From contig OX597819.1 in assembly GCA_951406725.2 (NCBI GenBank), forward strand, positions 103,540,001 through 103,604,000: a DNA stretch of 64,000 nt, written 5' to 3'. The notes under the pieces are model-generated. The model did not search any database. It had not been told where the DNA came from and worked only from the letters and a program-made list of their open reading frames with translations. Of this stretch, positions 28,178 through 41,981 are shown piece after piece. The position numbers and the translations under genes are program-made. Source of the stretch: Octopus vulgaris. Lineage: Eukaryota. Within the stretch, counting starts at the first letter, position 1; every line of letters starts with the position of its first letter.

Positions 28178-29023
28178 TATATGTGCATGTATGTATAAGT
28201 ATATATTGGGCATATAGTGATATAAATGTGTATACAAGCGTAGAAACATATATGCATATGTATATATGTGTGTATATGTATATATACATACATGTAAATA
28301 TATATATATATACATATATATATGCATACGTACACTAGCACATATACATATATCTATGTATGTATGAATGTACGTGTGTGTTCGCGCGCGCACAGACATT
28401 TAAAAAGCAATACAAATGGCCGTAGCACTCAGGAAAATATCAAAACAAGTATAAGTGGGAATGAAACAGGAGATTGTGATGTTAAATATCTTTTGTTTGT
28501 TTAAGTCTTTCTATGAATAAACTAGAAGCTATTATTTCTTTGTTCAGTGACCGGTATTACAGCACCATTCACACACACACACACTCCCTCAAAGGCGCAC
28601 ACGTTCACGCCATCCACATTGTCATAGACACCATCATCAGCTTACCTTCATCATTAACATACACACATGCACGCATACACAACGAAAAACTGAATTTCTT
28701 CCGAAACAGAATCACATACGCACTCACATAATCGCACACACACACACACACACACACACGCACATATATATATATAATATACACACACACAAACATATAT
28801 ACACAGGCACACACATACATACACCTATAAATATATGCAGGAATATCTGTATATGTATATGTGTGTGCATGACTGCGTGTGAGTATATATATATGTGTAT
28901 ATATGATATAAATATCTGTATGTATGTTTAAAAGTGTTTATATATATAAATATCTATATAGATTTATATGTATATATATATATATACACCCGCACATTTT
29001 ATATATGCATATATTTATGTATG

Positions 29024-29056
<33 letters not shown>

Positions 29057-29132
29057 CTATATATATATATATATATTTATACATATTTGTATGCATATTT
29101 ACATCTACGTATGTATGTACAAATATGTATAT

Positions 29133-29201
<69 letters not shown>

Positions 29202-29743
29202 CACACACACACATACACACGCACACGCACACACACACAAACCCTAAGAATTAACAGTTCGTTACTAATAGTTTCGCGATATATATATATTTGTATATGC
29301 GTATCTTTTCCATTAGTATATATATGCACACAGACACACACACACATAAATACATAGATGAATAGATTCGTAGATACATTCATCCACACATACTTATATG
29401 TATATACACAGAGGAAGGCAATGTGAGGGTGAGGTTTATGTCCAGTTTATGAGAAAAGCTTTTTGTATCAATTTGCATATATAAATACGTGATGAATATG
29501 AATATATGTTCAATTTTTTGTGTGCAAAATATATTTACCATCGAATATATATAAATGCGCACGTACGCGATCGTATACCAATGCTTAGATAACTGTATGT
29601 ACGAACTTAAGGTAATCTATATGTATGTTTTGTGTTTAGGTAGATGGACGTAGATGCATTTTACGCTCACATTCGTACAAGAAATATATCGACTTGTGCG
29701 GCCGTGCATACGTGCAATCACATCAACACACACACCCACACAA

Positions 29744-29788
<45 letters not shown>

Positions 29789-29883
29789 CATACATGCATA
29801 TATAAATTTATGCATGCATACATACATATATACGCACGCATACACACATTTATAGAGAAACACATATATACTTGACTATAGAT

Positions 29884-29914
<31 letters not shown>

Positions 29915-29923
29915 CATATATAT

Positions 29924-29984
<61 letters not shown>

Positions 29985-30794
29985 CCTTTCTATATATACT
30001 CGCAAATTCTTACAGACACACATATTTACGCACATATGCATAGCTACATAGATACACACATACATACATACATACATACATACATACATACATACATACA
30101 TACATACATACATACATACATACATACATACATACATACATACATACATACGCCTGTGGTTTAATTATTCATGTTGTTGAGTGTCTGCTTGACTTGTTAG
30201 ATTTGTACGTTTGTGGTTTGCATAAAAGTCTATTGGTACCTATGTGCACAACATATACATATATATATCAGATAGTATATGTACGGATGTGTGTATATGT
30301 ATCGATATATAAGTGAAATTTCTGCTTATATATGTGTTTCTGCGTGTGTATGTGTGTATTAATGTGTTCTAATTTTCACATTGTCGTACATCCAAAGTCG
30401 AACATTTTGTTTCGGCCATCGATGACAAATAACTTCAAAGAACCAAACACCTGATCAACACTCACATACACACTATGTGGGACACAAAGACGCTTAATCA
30501 TGTCCATATACACACATTTATACACACGCTAGTCACTTATATTGATAAGTAGTATACATAAAGACGTATATTTTGACGTATATGCGTATATATTTATATG
30601 CTTATATACTCTCTTTCGCACTCTCTTACACAAATATAAATGTATAATCATGCGTATACGCAGAGAATCATTTATACACACGCTTATACACTCATTTGCA
30701 TTGAGAGATTTCCTTAAGTAGATATATTACAACTTTGCCATTATATTATCTGAAAACGTTGAATTAGACATAAACACACACATACGTTAATGTA

Positions 30795-30853
<59 letters not shown>

Positions 30854-30923
30854 TATATTTGCATACATATATATGTGTATATATACATACATGCGTACAT
30901 ATATATATCTATGTATGTATATA

Positions 30924-31025
<102 letters not shown>

Positions 31026-31443
31026 CATATACATACATAGATAGATAGATAGATAAATAGATAGATTTATATGTGTATAAAACACTATTTAGGTATTATA
31101 TATACATGCACGCACACATGTACACAGGCACACACACGCACACACACAGACACACACACGCATACACACACACATATATATATATATAAAGTTAATATAC
31201 ATAAAGCATTATTGAAGTACACGTCCACAACCTTTGAAACATACGTACACACCCCCATACAATCATTAATTTGTAAGTGTTGTATGTTTGCGTATTTGCA
31301 TGTGTGTGTGTGTGCATAAGTGTTCATGTGTGTGCGTTTGTATATGTGTGTATGTGTGTGTGTGTGTGAGAGTATGTGTATGAGTGCGTATGTACCTACA
31401 TATTTATTTTATGTGGAAGTATGGTTATTTAATATAAAAATCC

Positions 31444-31476
<33 letters not shown>

Positions 31477-31486
31477 AATGCGTTTG

Positions 31487-31530
<44 letters not shown>

Positions 31531-32479
31531 CATATACATATATATATATATATGTAAGTGTTTATATATATATGTATTTGTTTATATATTTTTAAATATA
31601 TATATACACACGCACACGCGCGCGCGATCACACGCACACACATACACTCACACACACGTTCAGAAGCTGATTTAGGGTGAAATGTTGTAAACCAGTCAGT
31701 TGAGTCCTATATACACGCCATAAAATTTCCCAATATTCAATCAGAAAACGATGAATCAGAATTACTGAGTCTTCATAATGATTCTTATGTGACTATCTTG
31801 TTAGTTAATTCTTTTTTGTGTTTAATTAAATAAGAAAAAATCGTAATATCAAGTGTAACACACGCTAACCATCACTAATCTTCCGAAATGTGGACCGTTT
31901 TTCTTAACATCACTTTAGTCCAAATCCTGCAAAAATGTTGATAAAATATCTTGTCTCGCCCATTCTATTGTCCTGTTTAGGTATTGTACCTCACATGTCC
32001 TTTCCTTCTTTTGACAATGGTACTGAATGTTCTGAGAGAATTTGGCCCGCTATATTTTGCAGGTGTTACCACAATCTGGAATATCCATCTTAGTTACGTG
32101 TTAAGCTCACAGGTTTAGGAATAGGAAACATAGAATAGGCTATTCTGTTTAGTCGTATCGAGATTACGAAAACATTTATTAGCAGTGGATTCAGTACTGG
32201 TTTCATCTTCAAGTTAAAACAAGAACACATGCCGCAATCCATCGCTCATGAAATTAGCTTGAGTTTGCTGAGGAAAGGAAGTACTTGTGGAAACATCATA
32301 GTTCGACAGTTTTCCTGCTGGTTACGCTAGGACAGATGTTCTCAATATGGTTGATATTTTTTCTTGCGTAATTTAAAAATTAACGTTGTGGTGAAGTGGA
32401 TGGAGAGGATCAAAATGAGCTCACTTGAATTTTGCGTTCAAAAGACATTATGATCAGAAATGTTTAAGAAATGTAAATA

Positions 32480-32643
32480 GGCGCAGGGGTGGCTGTGTGG
32501 TAAGAAGCATGCTTCTCAACAACAAAGTTGCAGGTGCAGTCCCTTTGCGTGGCAACTTGGGCAAGTGTCTTCTACTATAGTCTCGGGCCGACCAAAAATA
32601 TGTGAGTGGATTCGGTAGATGGAAACTGAAAGAAGCCCGTCGT

Positions 32644-32674
<31 letters not shown>

Positions 32675-32770
32675 CCCTCCTTCTTCCCTTTTTCCTGAGC
32701 GCCTAATAATAATACTTTAATCGTTCCACCTCCTTGTGTTGTTGTTTTTTCTGTTTTCTCGTTTGGATTA

Positions 32771-32834
<64 letters not shown>

Positions 32835-33225
32835 GTTACAATTACTCAATAGTCAAGATAAAACTCTGAGTTTCAGATGCCGAAGTGGAAATCCACAACA
32901 CCATCTCTTCGGTTGTCTGGCCATCTGAAAAATGCTATGAAAAAATACCGTTATATAAAGGGAAATTACTGTGTTATAATTCTGCTACTTATATAAATTA
33001 AGATTAAAACGTATATATGTATGCATGTATGAATATGTACTATGTGTATATTTGTATGTGTGTCTGTGTTTGTCCCCCTCCATCGCTTGATAACCGTTAT
33101 TGGTGGGTTTACTTCCCCAACAGAATAAGTACTAGGCTTACAAAGAAGAAGTCGATTTGTTCGATTAGAGGCGATACTCCATCGTGGCCGCAGTCAAATA
33201 ACTTAAGCAACTAAAAGAATAAAAG
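32480..33225 (+). mobile_element. Near full-length SINE family B with nested inserts in its (TA)n tract
   Basis: Head ggcgcaggggtggctgtgtggtaagaagc; CORE-like gcgtggcaacttgggcaagtgtcttctactatag; internal (TA)n; 3' part ending gcagtcaaataac...aaaagaataaaagaa. Confidence 0.9.
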
Positions 33226-33281
33226 AACAGAATATGACAATAAAATGTTATTCGCTGAAGCATTTCTGATATACATATATA

Positions 33282-33419
33282 CTAGCAGTATCGCCCGGCG
33301 TTGCTCGGGTTTGTAAGGGAAATAACTATATAAGCATTTTTAGAGAGTTATAGCCAAAAAATAGCAAAAAAAATGCATTAAAAATGGAAAAAAAATGATG
33401 GTATTATTTTTTAAATCGT
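33282..33419 (-). mobile_element. Helitron 3'-end fragment
   Basis: Reverse complement of about 50440-50580, including the hairpin cccgagcaacgccggg and the terminal CTAG. Confidence 0.85.
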
Positions 33420-33434
33420 GTGTGTGTGTATACG

Positions 33435-33465
<31 letters not shown>

Positions 33466-33839
33466 TATATATATATACACTTAAACATATATAAAGATAC
33501 ATAGATACATAGATACATACATACATACATACATACATACATACATACATACATACATACATACATACATACATACATACATGCATACATACATACATAC
33601 ATACATACATACATACATACATACATACATACATACATACATACTAGAGAGATCTTTTCTATTCTATGTAGTTGGCAAAAGCATTGCAAGGTAGGTAGGG
33701 AGAATGCGGTGTCAATAAACTAACCTGATATTGTTTTCTTTAAATTCATCAAACCATTTAATCAACTATTAATATTACTTAGAAACTTTAAAAAAATATT
33801 TTCGCTTATTATCTGTTTCATTTATGAGTATGTAACAAA

Positions 33840-34250
33840 AATCTTGGTTATTTCAATATTTGGCCGAAAATCGCGCCTGAGTCATTTTTATATTGAAGAC
33901 TAATTTTCTAGTAGCAATCAGTGAATAGTCAACATATAGAAGTACTGGCGAGATATTAGTGAACTAATAGCTATGCATTTATTCTGTATATCCAGAAAGA
34001 AATGATAATGTTTGGAGGAATACACAACGTTCTTATCTGAAATATTACGGAGTGACTATCGATGGTGCAGATGCAATAACTGGCCGATGCAGGCAATTTG
34101 CTGCTAGTCAAGGAAAAGGCTTCCTGCATACCGACAGCTGATTGGTGTACTGCACAATAGTATTAAATTTCTTGTATCAAAAAATTCAAGACTGAATTAT
34201 ATATTTTAAAATGTATTCCAAGACAATTATAAAAATGAAACAAAGGGTGA
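33840..34250 (+). pseudogene. hAT (Buster/Charlie-type) transposase remnant
   Basis: Translated fragments STGEIL and YGVTIDGADAITGRCRQFAA resemble the TTGxdIF and TDGAxxMTG motifs. Many stops. Confidence 0.5.
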
Positions 34251-34319
34251 TAACTTGTAAATACTTGCTGACATATTCTACTGAACTGTAAGATTTTTAA
34301 GCGATGTAGACCGATGTAG

Positions 34320-35993
34320 GGGTTTTCGTGGCGGTGGTAGCGATGGTGGTAGTGTTGGTCGTGATGGTGGTGGTGGTGGTGGGGGCCATGGTGGTTGTGG
34401 CATTAGCCGTGTTGGTAATAGCGGTAGTGCTGATGCTGGTGATGGTGGTAGCCGTGGTAGTACTATTGACTGTCGTAGATGTAGGAATGGCGAAGGTGTT
34501 GTAATTGTTGTTGTTGGTGATGATGTTGATAGTGGTGACACAGCTGGTGACGCTGGAGGTGACGCTGGTGTTTGTAGCAGAGCACTTAAAGGCTTATTTC
34601 TTCTAATTATTAAAGTCTGAAATAAGGGTACCGGGTGGCTGGGTGAGCACGGGTGTTGAAGTGTGAGGGGTGGAGAGCTAAAGTCGAATCGGATTGTTTT
34701 GTTATTTGAATTTTTATTCTGAAATATCTACCCTATGACTTTTAGTTGCAGGTTTATGGTGGTGTTGTTGTTGTTGTTGTTGCTGGTGGTGGTGGTGGTG
34801 GTGGTGGTGGTGGTGAAGTAGGATGTGAGTGTGATAATGACTAGCGTGGCACAGTGTGGTGAGGACGTGTTTGGGTGGGATGTTGTGGAGGTAGTGTTGG
34901 TGTGGTGGCATACTGTAGTGGTGGTTGTGATGGTAGTGGTGATGGGGATGGCGGAGTGGTATATTATAGTGTGGTTACGGAGCATGATAAAGAATAGGGT
35001 GGCATAGCCGGATGGTGGTGTCTTAGGTTGGAATTGTGGGGTTGTGGTGAAGGTTGTGTGGTGTTTATCCATGGAGTAATATGGTTAAGGTAGGAAATGT
35101 AATGGTGATCTTATAGCAAGGAGATAATGGTTAGGGTATAAATGGGTTGGTGATGGCAGTAGTGGTGTGGGATGGAGCGATAATGGTTAAAGAGCAACGG
35201 TGGTGCTGCTGGTGTGGCGGTGATGGTGATGGTGCTGGTGGTGGAATATTGATCAATAATGGTTACAGCAGAAAATGTAGTGGTGGCGGCGATTGTAGCG
35301 TGTACTGTGCAGAGAGGATGGCGAAGATAGAATGGGTGATGGTGGTGGTGATGGCATTGATGGTGGTGGTGGTGTGTTGGTGGTGGTGATGGTGCGGTGT
35401 TGGTGCTGGTGATGGTGGTGTTGATGGTATTGGTAGTGATGGTGTTGGTGGTGGTGACGATGATGATTATGGTGGTGGAGGCGGCGGCAATGGCGATGAC
35501 AGTAGCGGTGGCAGTGGCAGCGGCAGTGGCGGCAGTGGTGGCAGTGGCGGCAGTGGCGGCAGTGGTGGCAGTGGCTGCGGCGGCCATGATAGTGGTGCTA
35601 TTGGTGTGTTCATGGTGGTGATAATATACAGTGATAGTCGTGTTGGTAGTGGTGGTAGTGGTGGTGGTCGTTGTGGTGGTGGTGGTGGTGGTCGTCGTCG
35701 TCGTCGTAATGGTGACTTAATAACGTTTAAGGTGATATGGTTGCGATGATAGTGTCCGTGTATGGCATCATAATGGTTTAGGTGGATTAGAGTGGTGTTG
35801 ATGCGTTAATGGCCATGGTGGAATAGTGGTGGTTATTGTGAATGCGGCAGTAGTAGCGATTGTGGCGGTGGTGATATGGAGTGGTGATGGTTTGGGTGCA
35901 AAATGTAGAGGCGTCGGTTTCGTCCGGGTATAGAGTGATAATAGTTTGGGTGGAATATTGTGATGATATTAGTGATGGTATTTATTAAGGGTG

Positions 35994-36025
<32 letters not shown>

Positions 36026-36456
36026 GGTGGTGGTGGTGGTGGTGGTGGTGGTGGTGGTGGTGGTGGTGGTGGTGGTGGTGGTGGTGGTGGTTGTATTGGT
36101 GGTAGTAGTGAAGGAGATGTTGGTGTTGGTATATAGTGTTAGTTGTGCAGGAGGGCTCCGAGTTGGAAGGGCTGGAGGAGCTGATGAGGTAATGATAAAC
36201 TTAGTTTGGCAGTGTGTTGATGATGATGATGATGATGATGATGATTAAGGTGACTGTGACGATGATGACGATGAGGACGACAACAACAATGACGACAGTG
36301 ATGATGATGATGATGTTGATTATCAAGATAATGGTGATATAGGTGATGATGATGAAGATGATGATGATGGGGAGGGGGAGATGGATGGTGATTATGAAGA
36401 TGAGGATGATAAAGGTGGTGATGATGATGATGATGATGATGATAATGATGATGACA

Positions 36457-36523
<67 letters not shown>

Positions 36524-36783
36524 CGATGACGACGACGATGTCATGAGAATATGGAATGGCGCTGTAGTTGATGAAGATTCAATTGACATCTGGATTCTTT
36601 CTGTAGTCAGTTTAACAGGCAATGCCAACAGCACCACACCATTCTATATCCAACTTTCGCCATATTGCCGTCTCCGCTCCTACCAACACCCAACACCAAC
36701 ACCAGCATCAGCACCACCAATAACTGCGACCAGAATCGCAATATTTGCCCCCCGATAAGTAACAACAAGAAAAAGAGTACAAG

Positions 36784-36833
<50 letters not shown>

Positions 36834-36978
36834 GCTGCTGCTGCTACCAGCACTCTCACTAACACCACTACAATCACCACCATTACCACAACCACCATTA
36901 CCACAACCACCATCACTATCACCACCACCACTACTAATAATAATAATGATAATAATAATGATAATAATAATAATAATA

Positions 36979-37014
<36 letters not shown>

Positions 37015-37053
37015 CTAATACTACTTCTATTACTATTATTATAGCTACTATTG

Positions 37054-37093
<40 letters not shown>

Positions 37094-37753
37094 GACGACT
37101 ACTACGAATACTACTACTATGGCAGTGCAAACAACACGTACGCACCCGCATGCACACACTAGCGCTCAGTGCACGCATTGCTACCGTCACTCACACCTCG
37201 CTTGATGGCTAACATCTTCATCACACCTCAGTATGAAATGTACTACAACCTATACACACGCTACTATAACCACCAACATCACCACACCACACCACATCAC
37301 TTCCACTCGTTCCACCATCATCACTAGTATTACACTCAGTTCGACTGTCATCAACAACGTCGCCACCATCGCAGATACTACAAACATCACAACCACCATC
37401 GCTACAAACATCGACACCAGCACCACCACCACCACCACCACCACTACCACCATTCCATCAGCAACATTATTAACACGGCAAACATGAAAACCACCGCATC
37501 CACCTCGGATTATTTCTATAATCCTGTACACCAGTACAAACAGCCACCCGCCACCACCACCACGACCACCATCACCATCAACCCTTGCGATATCCTTGTA
37601 GATACCCTCTAGAATCTCAACCAGCCATCATAAATTCTATTACGATTAACCTCATCGCCATTATCAACGTCATCATCGTCGTCGTCGTGGTCATCGTTGT
37701 CGGCGTAGTCGTCCTCATAATCAACTCCATCATCATCATCATCATCATTGTTG

Positions 37754-37787
<34 letters not shown>

Positions 37788-37790
37788 AAT

Positions 37791-37834
<44 letters not shown>

Positions 37835-37990
37835 TATCATTGTCGTTATCATCATCATCATCTTCATCATCATAATAGTCGTCGTCGTCATTTTCATCAT
37901 CATCGCTAACATCATCGTCGTCGCCGTTGTCTTTATCATCATCATCATCATTAACACCATCATCGTCATCATCATCATCATTACCACCAC

Positions 37991-38062
<72 letters not shown>
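34320..38062. repeat. About 3.7-kb low-complexity trinucleotide block (GGT/GAT on the left, CAC/CAT on the right)
   Basis: Directly visible; includes a 9-bp gcggcagtg array at about 35505-35580. Confidence 0.9.
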
Positions 38063-39019
38063 TATCGTCAGCGTTACTATTACATCAGCAATGCCACACC
38101 CAGCCGCCTCCGTGCCAACACCGTATTTCAAAGCTACTACTACCCTTACAAGATCCACTCCAGGTCTTCATTTGCACTTCTTCCACTTACATGTTTTATT
38201 TCTTCTTTTTTAATTTTGACCTCTTCCACCCTCACATTTAACCCTCCACCTTCCTCTTGTTTTCCCCCACGCCCATCTCCTTTACCACTTTTCCCAGATT
38301 CTGTCTTTCACCAATTTTCCTTTTTCTCCATTTTCTTTTTTTTAATTTTCTTTTACGATTTTATTTCAGACGGTTTATTTTAACCTTTACTTCATTTTAA
38401 GTGAGCAGGAGGTGGAGTAAGAGGTGAGAGATAAAGAAGAAGTTGCAATATGGCGAGATGTGAGATGAACCAGCGGGGTACAAGGTGGAAGGGGTAAAGA
38501 GGGTGAGCGTATCTTTCTGCTGATTTATGACGACTGCTTTCCCATTTCCCTTCCCTCCCCTCCCCTTCTTTCTGTCTCTCCCGCTATAACTACTCTCCCT
38601 TCTCTCTTTCTCACTCTCTCTACTTCTCCTTCACCTCTCACACTCTCCAATTCCTCCATAATTACCACCACCCACGTGCGTCTTGCTGATTGAAATTTTA
38701 TTTTTTATAGTTCTTTTTTTTTATTTCAAATAAGAACTCAAATATAGTTAATTTGATTTATATTGATGAAAGCAGAACGGTGTAAAACTAAACAATATTA
38801 TAAAAGCGACCATCAATGCATGTCACAATGAAACTGAGTTTTGATGGCACGGAGGTGATGTGTCTAGTCAGCAGTTACTTCGGACGCGACCAACATCTCA
38901 ACTCTGCTACCATCTTTAATAAAGTTAGCATCATCACTGTCATTTTCACTATTAACATCATCAGCATCACCAACACGACAACAACACTAACAAAAACAGT
39001 AATGATATCAACAACGAAC

Positions 39020-40130
39020 TGACGCGGTCGCTCAAGCTAATAGAAATAACAGTAGTCAAATCACTTTGAAATCAGGCTGCCATTTTGCAAAGATAAGAAA
39101 AGAGGACTATTTTATCATTTCGTCGTAGAAATTCACCAAAAGACGGAATGGTCACGGCAAGAACGTTTTTGATCCTCAGTCTGCGAGATCCGGGTTCATC
39201 TGGGCTAAACGTCGCGAACAACTACAGCAACAGCAACAGCAGTAGCAACAACAATGAAGAAACAGGGGATTCGTTTACGCCGTTGCTCTACGATACTCTT
39301 TTACTGTTTTACTTGTTTCAGTCATTTGACTGTGGCCATGCTGGAGCACCGCCTTTAGTCGAGCAAATCGCCCCCAGGACTTACTCTTTGTAAGCCTAGT
39401 ACTTATTCTAGTACTTAGTCTATCAGTCTCTTTTGTCGAACCGCCAAGTTACGGGGGCGTAAACACACCAGGGTGTCAAGCGATGTGTGTGTGTATATAT
39501 ATATATGTTTGTGTGTCTGTGTTTGTCCCCCCAACATCGCTTGACAACCGATGCTGGTGTGTTCATACATATATGCGACGGGCTACTTTCAGTTTCCGTC
39601 TACCAAATACACTCGCAAGGCTTTGGTCGGCCCGAGGCTATAGTAGAAGATACTTGCCCAAGGTGCCGCAACAGTCAAATCTACCTTAAATCACATCATT
39701 TACAAAAATATTTTTGTCAGTTTACAAAAATAAGAAACAGTCTTAGTAGTTAATCTTGTCATAGATATCCAACAAAGTACAGTATGGTCACGGTTGGAAC
39801 GTCAATGAGGTTTGAGTTGACATGGGTTAAACATCTACAACAACAATATTAACACCAGCAACAATAACATTCGCAAGAAAAGCAACAATGACGAAAATAA
39901 TAATGAAGAAACAGTCACGCGAGCTTTTAGAAATAACAGTCCAACCTCACTCATATTACATCCTGCCATTTGACAAAAAAATGCAAAGTGTTTATTGGAA
40001 AATGGTGTCATAGATATACATCAAAAGACGGAATGGTCACGGCTGGAATAACTTTGATCATTGGTCTGCAAAACGTCAACAACTACAAAAATGACAAAAA
40101 GAACTACAATAAGAACTTCAACAACAATAG
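39020..40130 (+). mobile_element. Three copies of short repeat family D with (CAA)n tails (about 39020-39250, 39670-39870, 39915-40130)
   Basis: Shared tagaaataacagt and (g)atggtcacggc/ttggaa motifs followed by a (CAA)n tail. Related pieces at about 24800-24970, 31960-32090 (-), 40615-40770, 58110-58290 (-) and 60290-60370 (-). Confidence 0.6.
39292..39670 (-). mobile_element. SINE family B with an internal inversion
   Basis: Minus-strand family B sequence on both sides, while the segment 39486-39563 is in plus orientation. Confidence 0.85.
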
Positions 40131-40877
40131 CAATGATGAAGGAGCTACGGTAATTAATTCTGGAAGGAATACAATAAAAATATAAATGCCCCCCCCACCT
40201 ACACAGAGACATAGTCAGACACACAGATACACGTGTGTATATTTGTGTTTGTATACATGTGTGTATACATATGGGTATACACATACACACACACACACAC
40301 ACACATACACATACACACACACATACACACATACACACACACACACGTAGATACACATACACGCACAGACGTGTATCAGAATAAGGGACTTCAATCAGAG
40401 CTGTATTAGGTCGTCTGGTTGAGGAAGACAAACTAAGGTTGCTTTAATACTACCAAAAACTGACAATAGATATGGCTTATGCATACATTAGCATAACTTA
40501 AAAACAACAGAATGCAGTCGGTATTGCGGTTATTGTTCTCACCATACTATACTATATATAACCGCTAACCTTATCATAATTGTTGTTAATAATAATGTCG
40601 TTGCTAAGTCAAGGAGGACAAGCCGAAGCGCTCTCAAGACTTGCTGAGTATAGCAACCCAATTTTCCATAATTTATATACCCAACTATCTTTAACAAAAG
40701 AGCCAAAGAAAATTATAAGAGTAACTTAGGTTAAAAGTCTGCTGGTTCAGGTTTGAAGCTAAACAGCGAAAACGTTAGCATCGTCGTCATCGTCTTGTTA
40801 TTGTTGTTGCCGCCGCCGCCGCTGCTGCTGCTGCTGTTGTTGTTGTTGTAGTTGTTATCATTATTGTTGTTGTTGTT

Positions 40878-41223
40878 GAGCTGGCAGAATCGTTGGCACG
40901 CCGGGCGAAATGCGTAGCCGTATTTCGTCTGCCGTTACGTTCTGAGTTCAAATTCCGCCGAGGTCGACTTTACCTTTCATCCTTTCGGGGTCGATAAATC
41001 AAGTACCAGTTACGCATTGGGGTCGATGTAATCGACTTAATCCGTTTGTCTGTCCTTGTTTGTCCTCTCTGTGTTTAGCCCCTTGTGGGTAGTAAAGAAA
41101 TAGGTATTTCGTCTGTCGCTATGTTCTGAGTTCAAATTCCGCCGAGGTCGACTTTCCCTTTCATCCTTTTGGGGGTCGATAAAATAAATCCCACTTGTGA
41201 ACTGGGGTTCGATGTAATCGACC
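40878..41223 (+). mobile_element. SINE family A, partially dimeric
   Basis: Closely similar to 14527-14866. Confidence 0.9.
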
Positions 41224-41255
41224 ATCCACTAGTAGAAAGAATCATTATTATTATT

Positions 41256-41460
41256 GGGGACCTGGCAGAATCGTTAGCACGTTGGACGAAATGCTAAGCG
41301 GTCTTTCGACCGTTCTGAGTTCAAGTTCTGCCGAAGTTGACTTTGCTATTCATCCTTTCAGGCTCGATGAAATAAGTACCAGTAAAACACTGGGTTCGAT
41401 GTAATCGTCTCATCCTCTTCCCCAAAATTGTTCCCCTTGTGGCAAAATTTGAAACCATAA
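41256..41460 (+). mobile_element. SINE family A
   Basis: ctggcagaatcgttagcac...gttctgagttcaag...gcaaaatttgaaacc plus an (ATT)n tail. Confidence 0.85.
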
Positions 41461-41564
41461 TTATTATTGTTGTTGTTGTTCTTTTTCTTCTATTTCTTCT
41501 AATTCTTCTTCTTGCTGTTGTTCTTGTTGCTGTAGTAATAGTAGTTGGTATCGGTATTAGTGTT

Positions 41565-41762
41565 GCGGCGGCGAGCTGGCAGAATCGTTAGCCCGTCGGG
41601 CAAAATACTTACCGGCATTTCAACTGTCCTTGCGTAGTGAGTTCAAATTCCGCTGAGATCGATTTTGCCTTTCATTCTCTCAGGGTCTATAAAACAAGTA
41701 CCAGTAAAACACTGGAGTCGATATAACCAACTAATGCCTTCCTCATAATTTCAGATCTTGGA
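41565..41762 (+). mobile_element. SINE family A
   Basis: ggcggcgagctggcagaatcgttagc...gagttcaaattccgctgagatcga. Confidence 0.85.
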
Positions 41763-41937
41763 TTATTATTGTTGTTGTTGTTGATAGTGGTGGTGGTGGT
41801 GGTGGTTGTAGTTGTGGTCGTGGTGGTCGTTCTAATGGTGTTGTTGAAATTGACTACCCACTTCTCTAAACTAGCTGTCTTGTGCCAAACTTTGAAACCA
41901 TCATCATCGTCATCGTTGTCGTTATTATTGGTGGTGT

Positions 41938-41980
<43 letters not shown>

Positions 41981-41981
<1 letters not shown>

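Noticed and set aside
36381-36758. Acidic poly-Asp protein exon
   Set aside because: Mostly (GAT)n; the short unique part has no recognisable homology or clear splice support.
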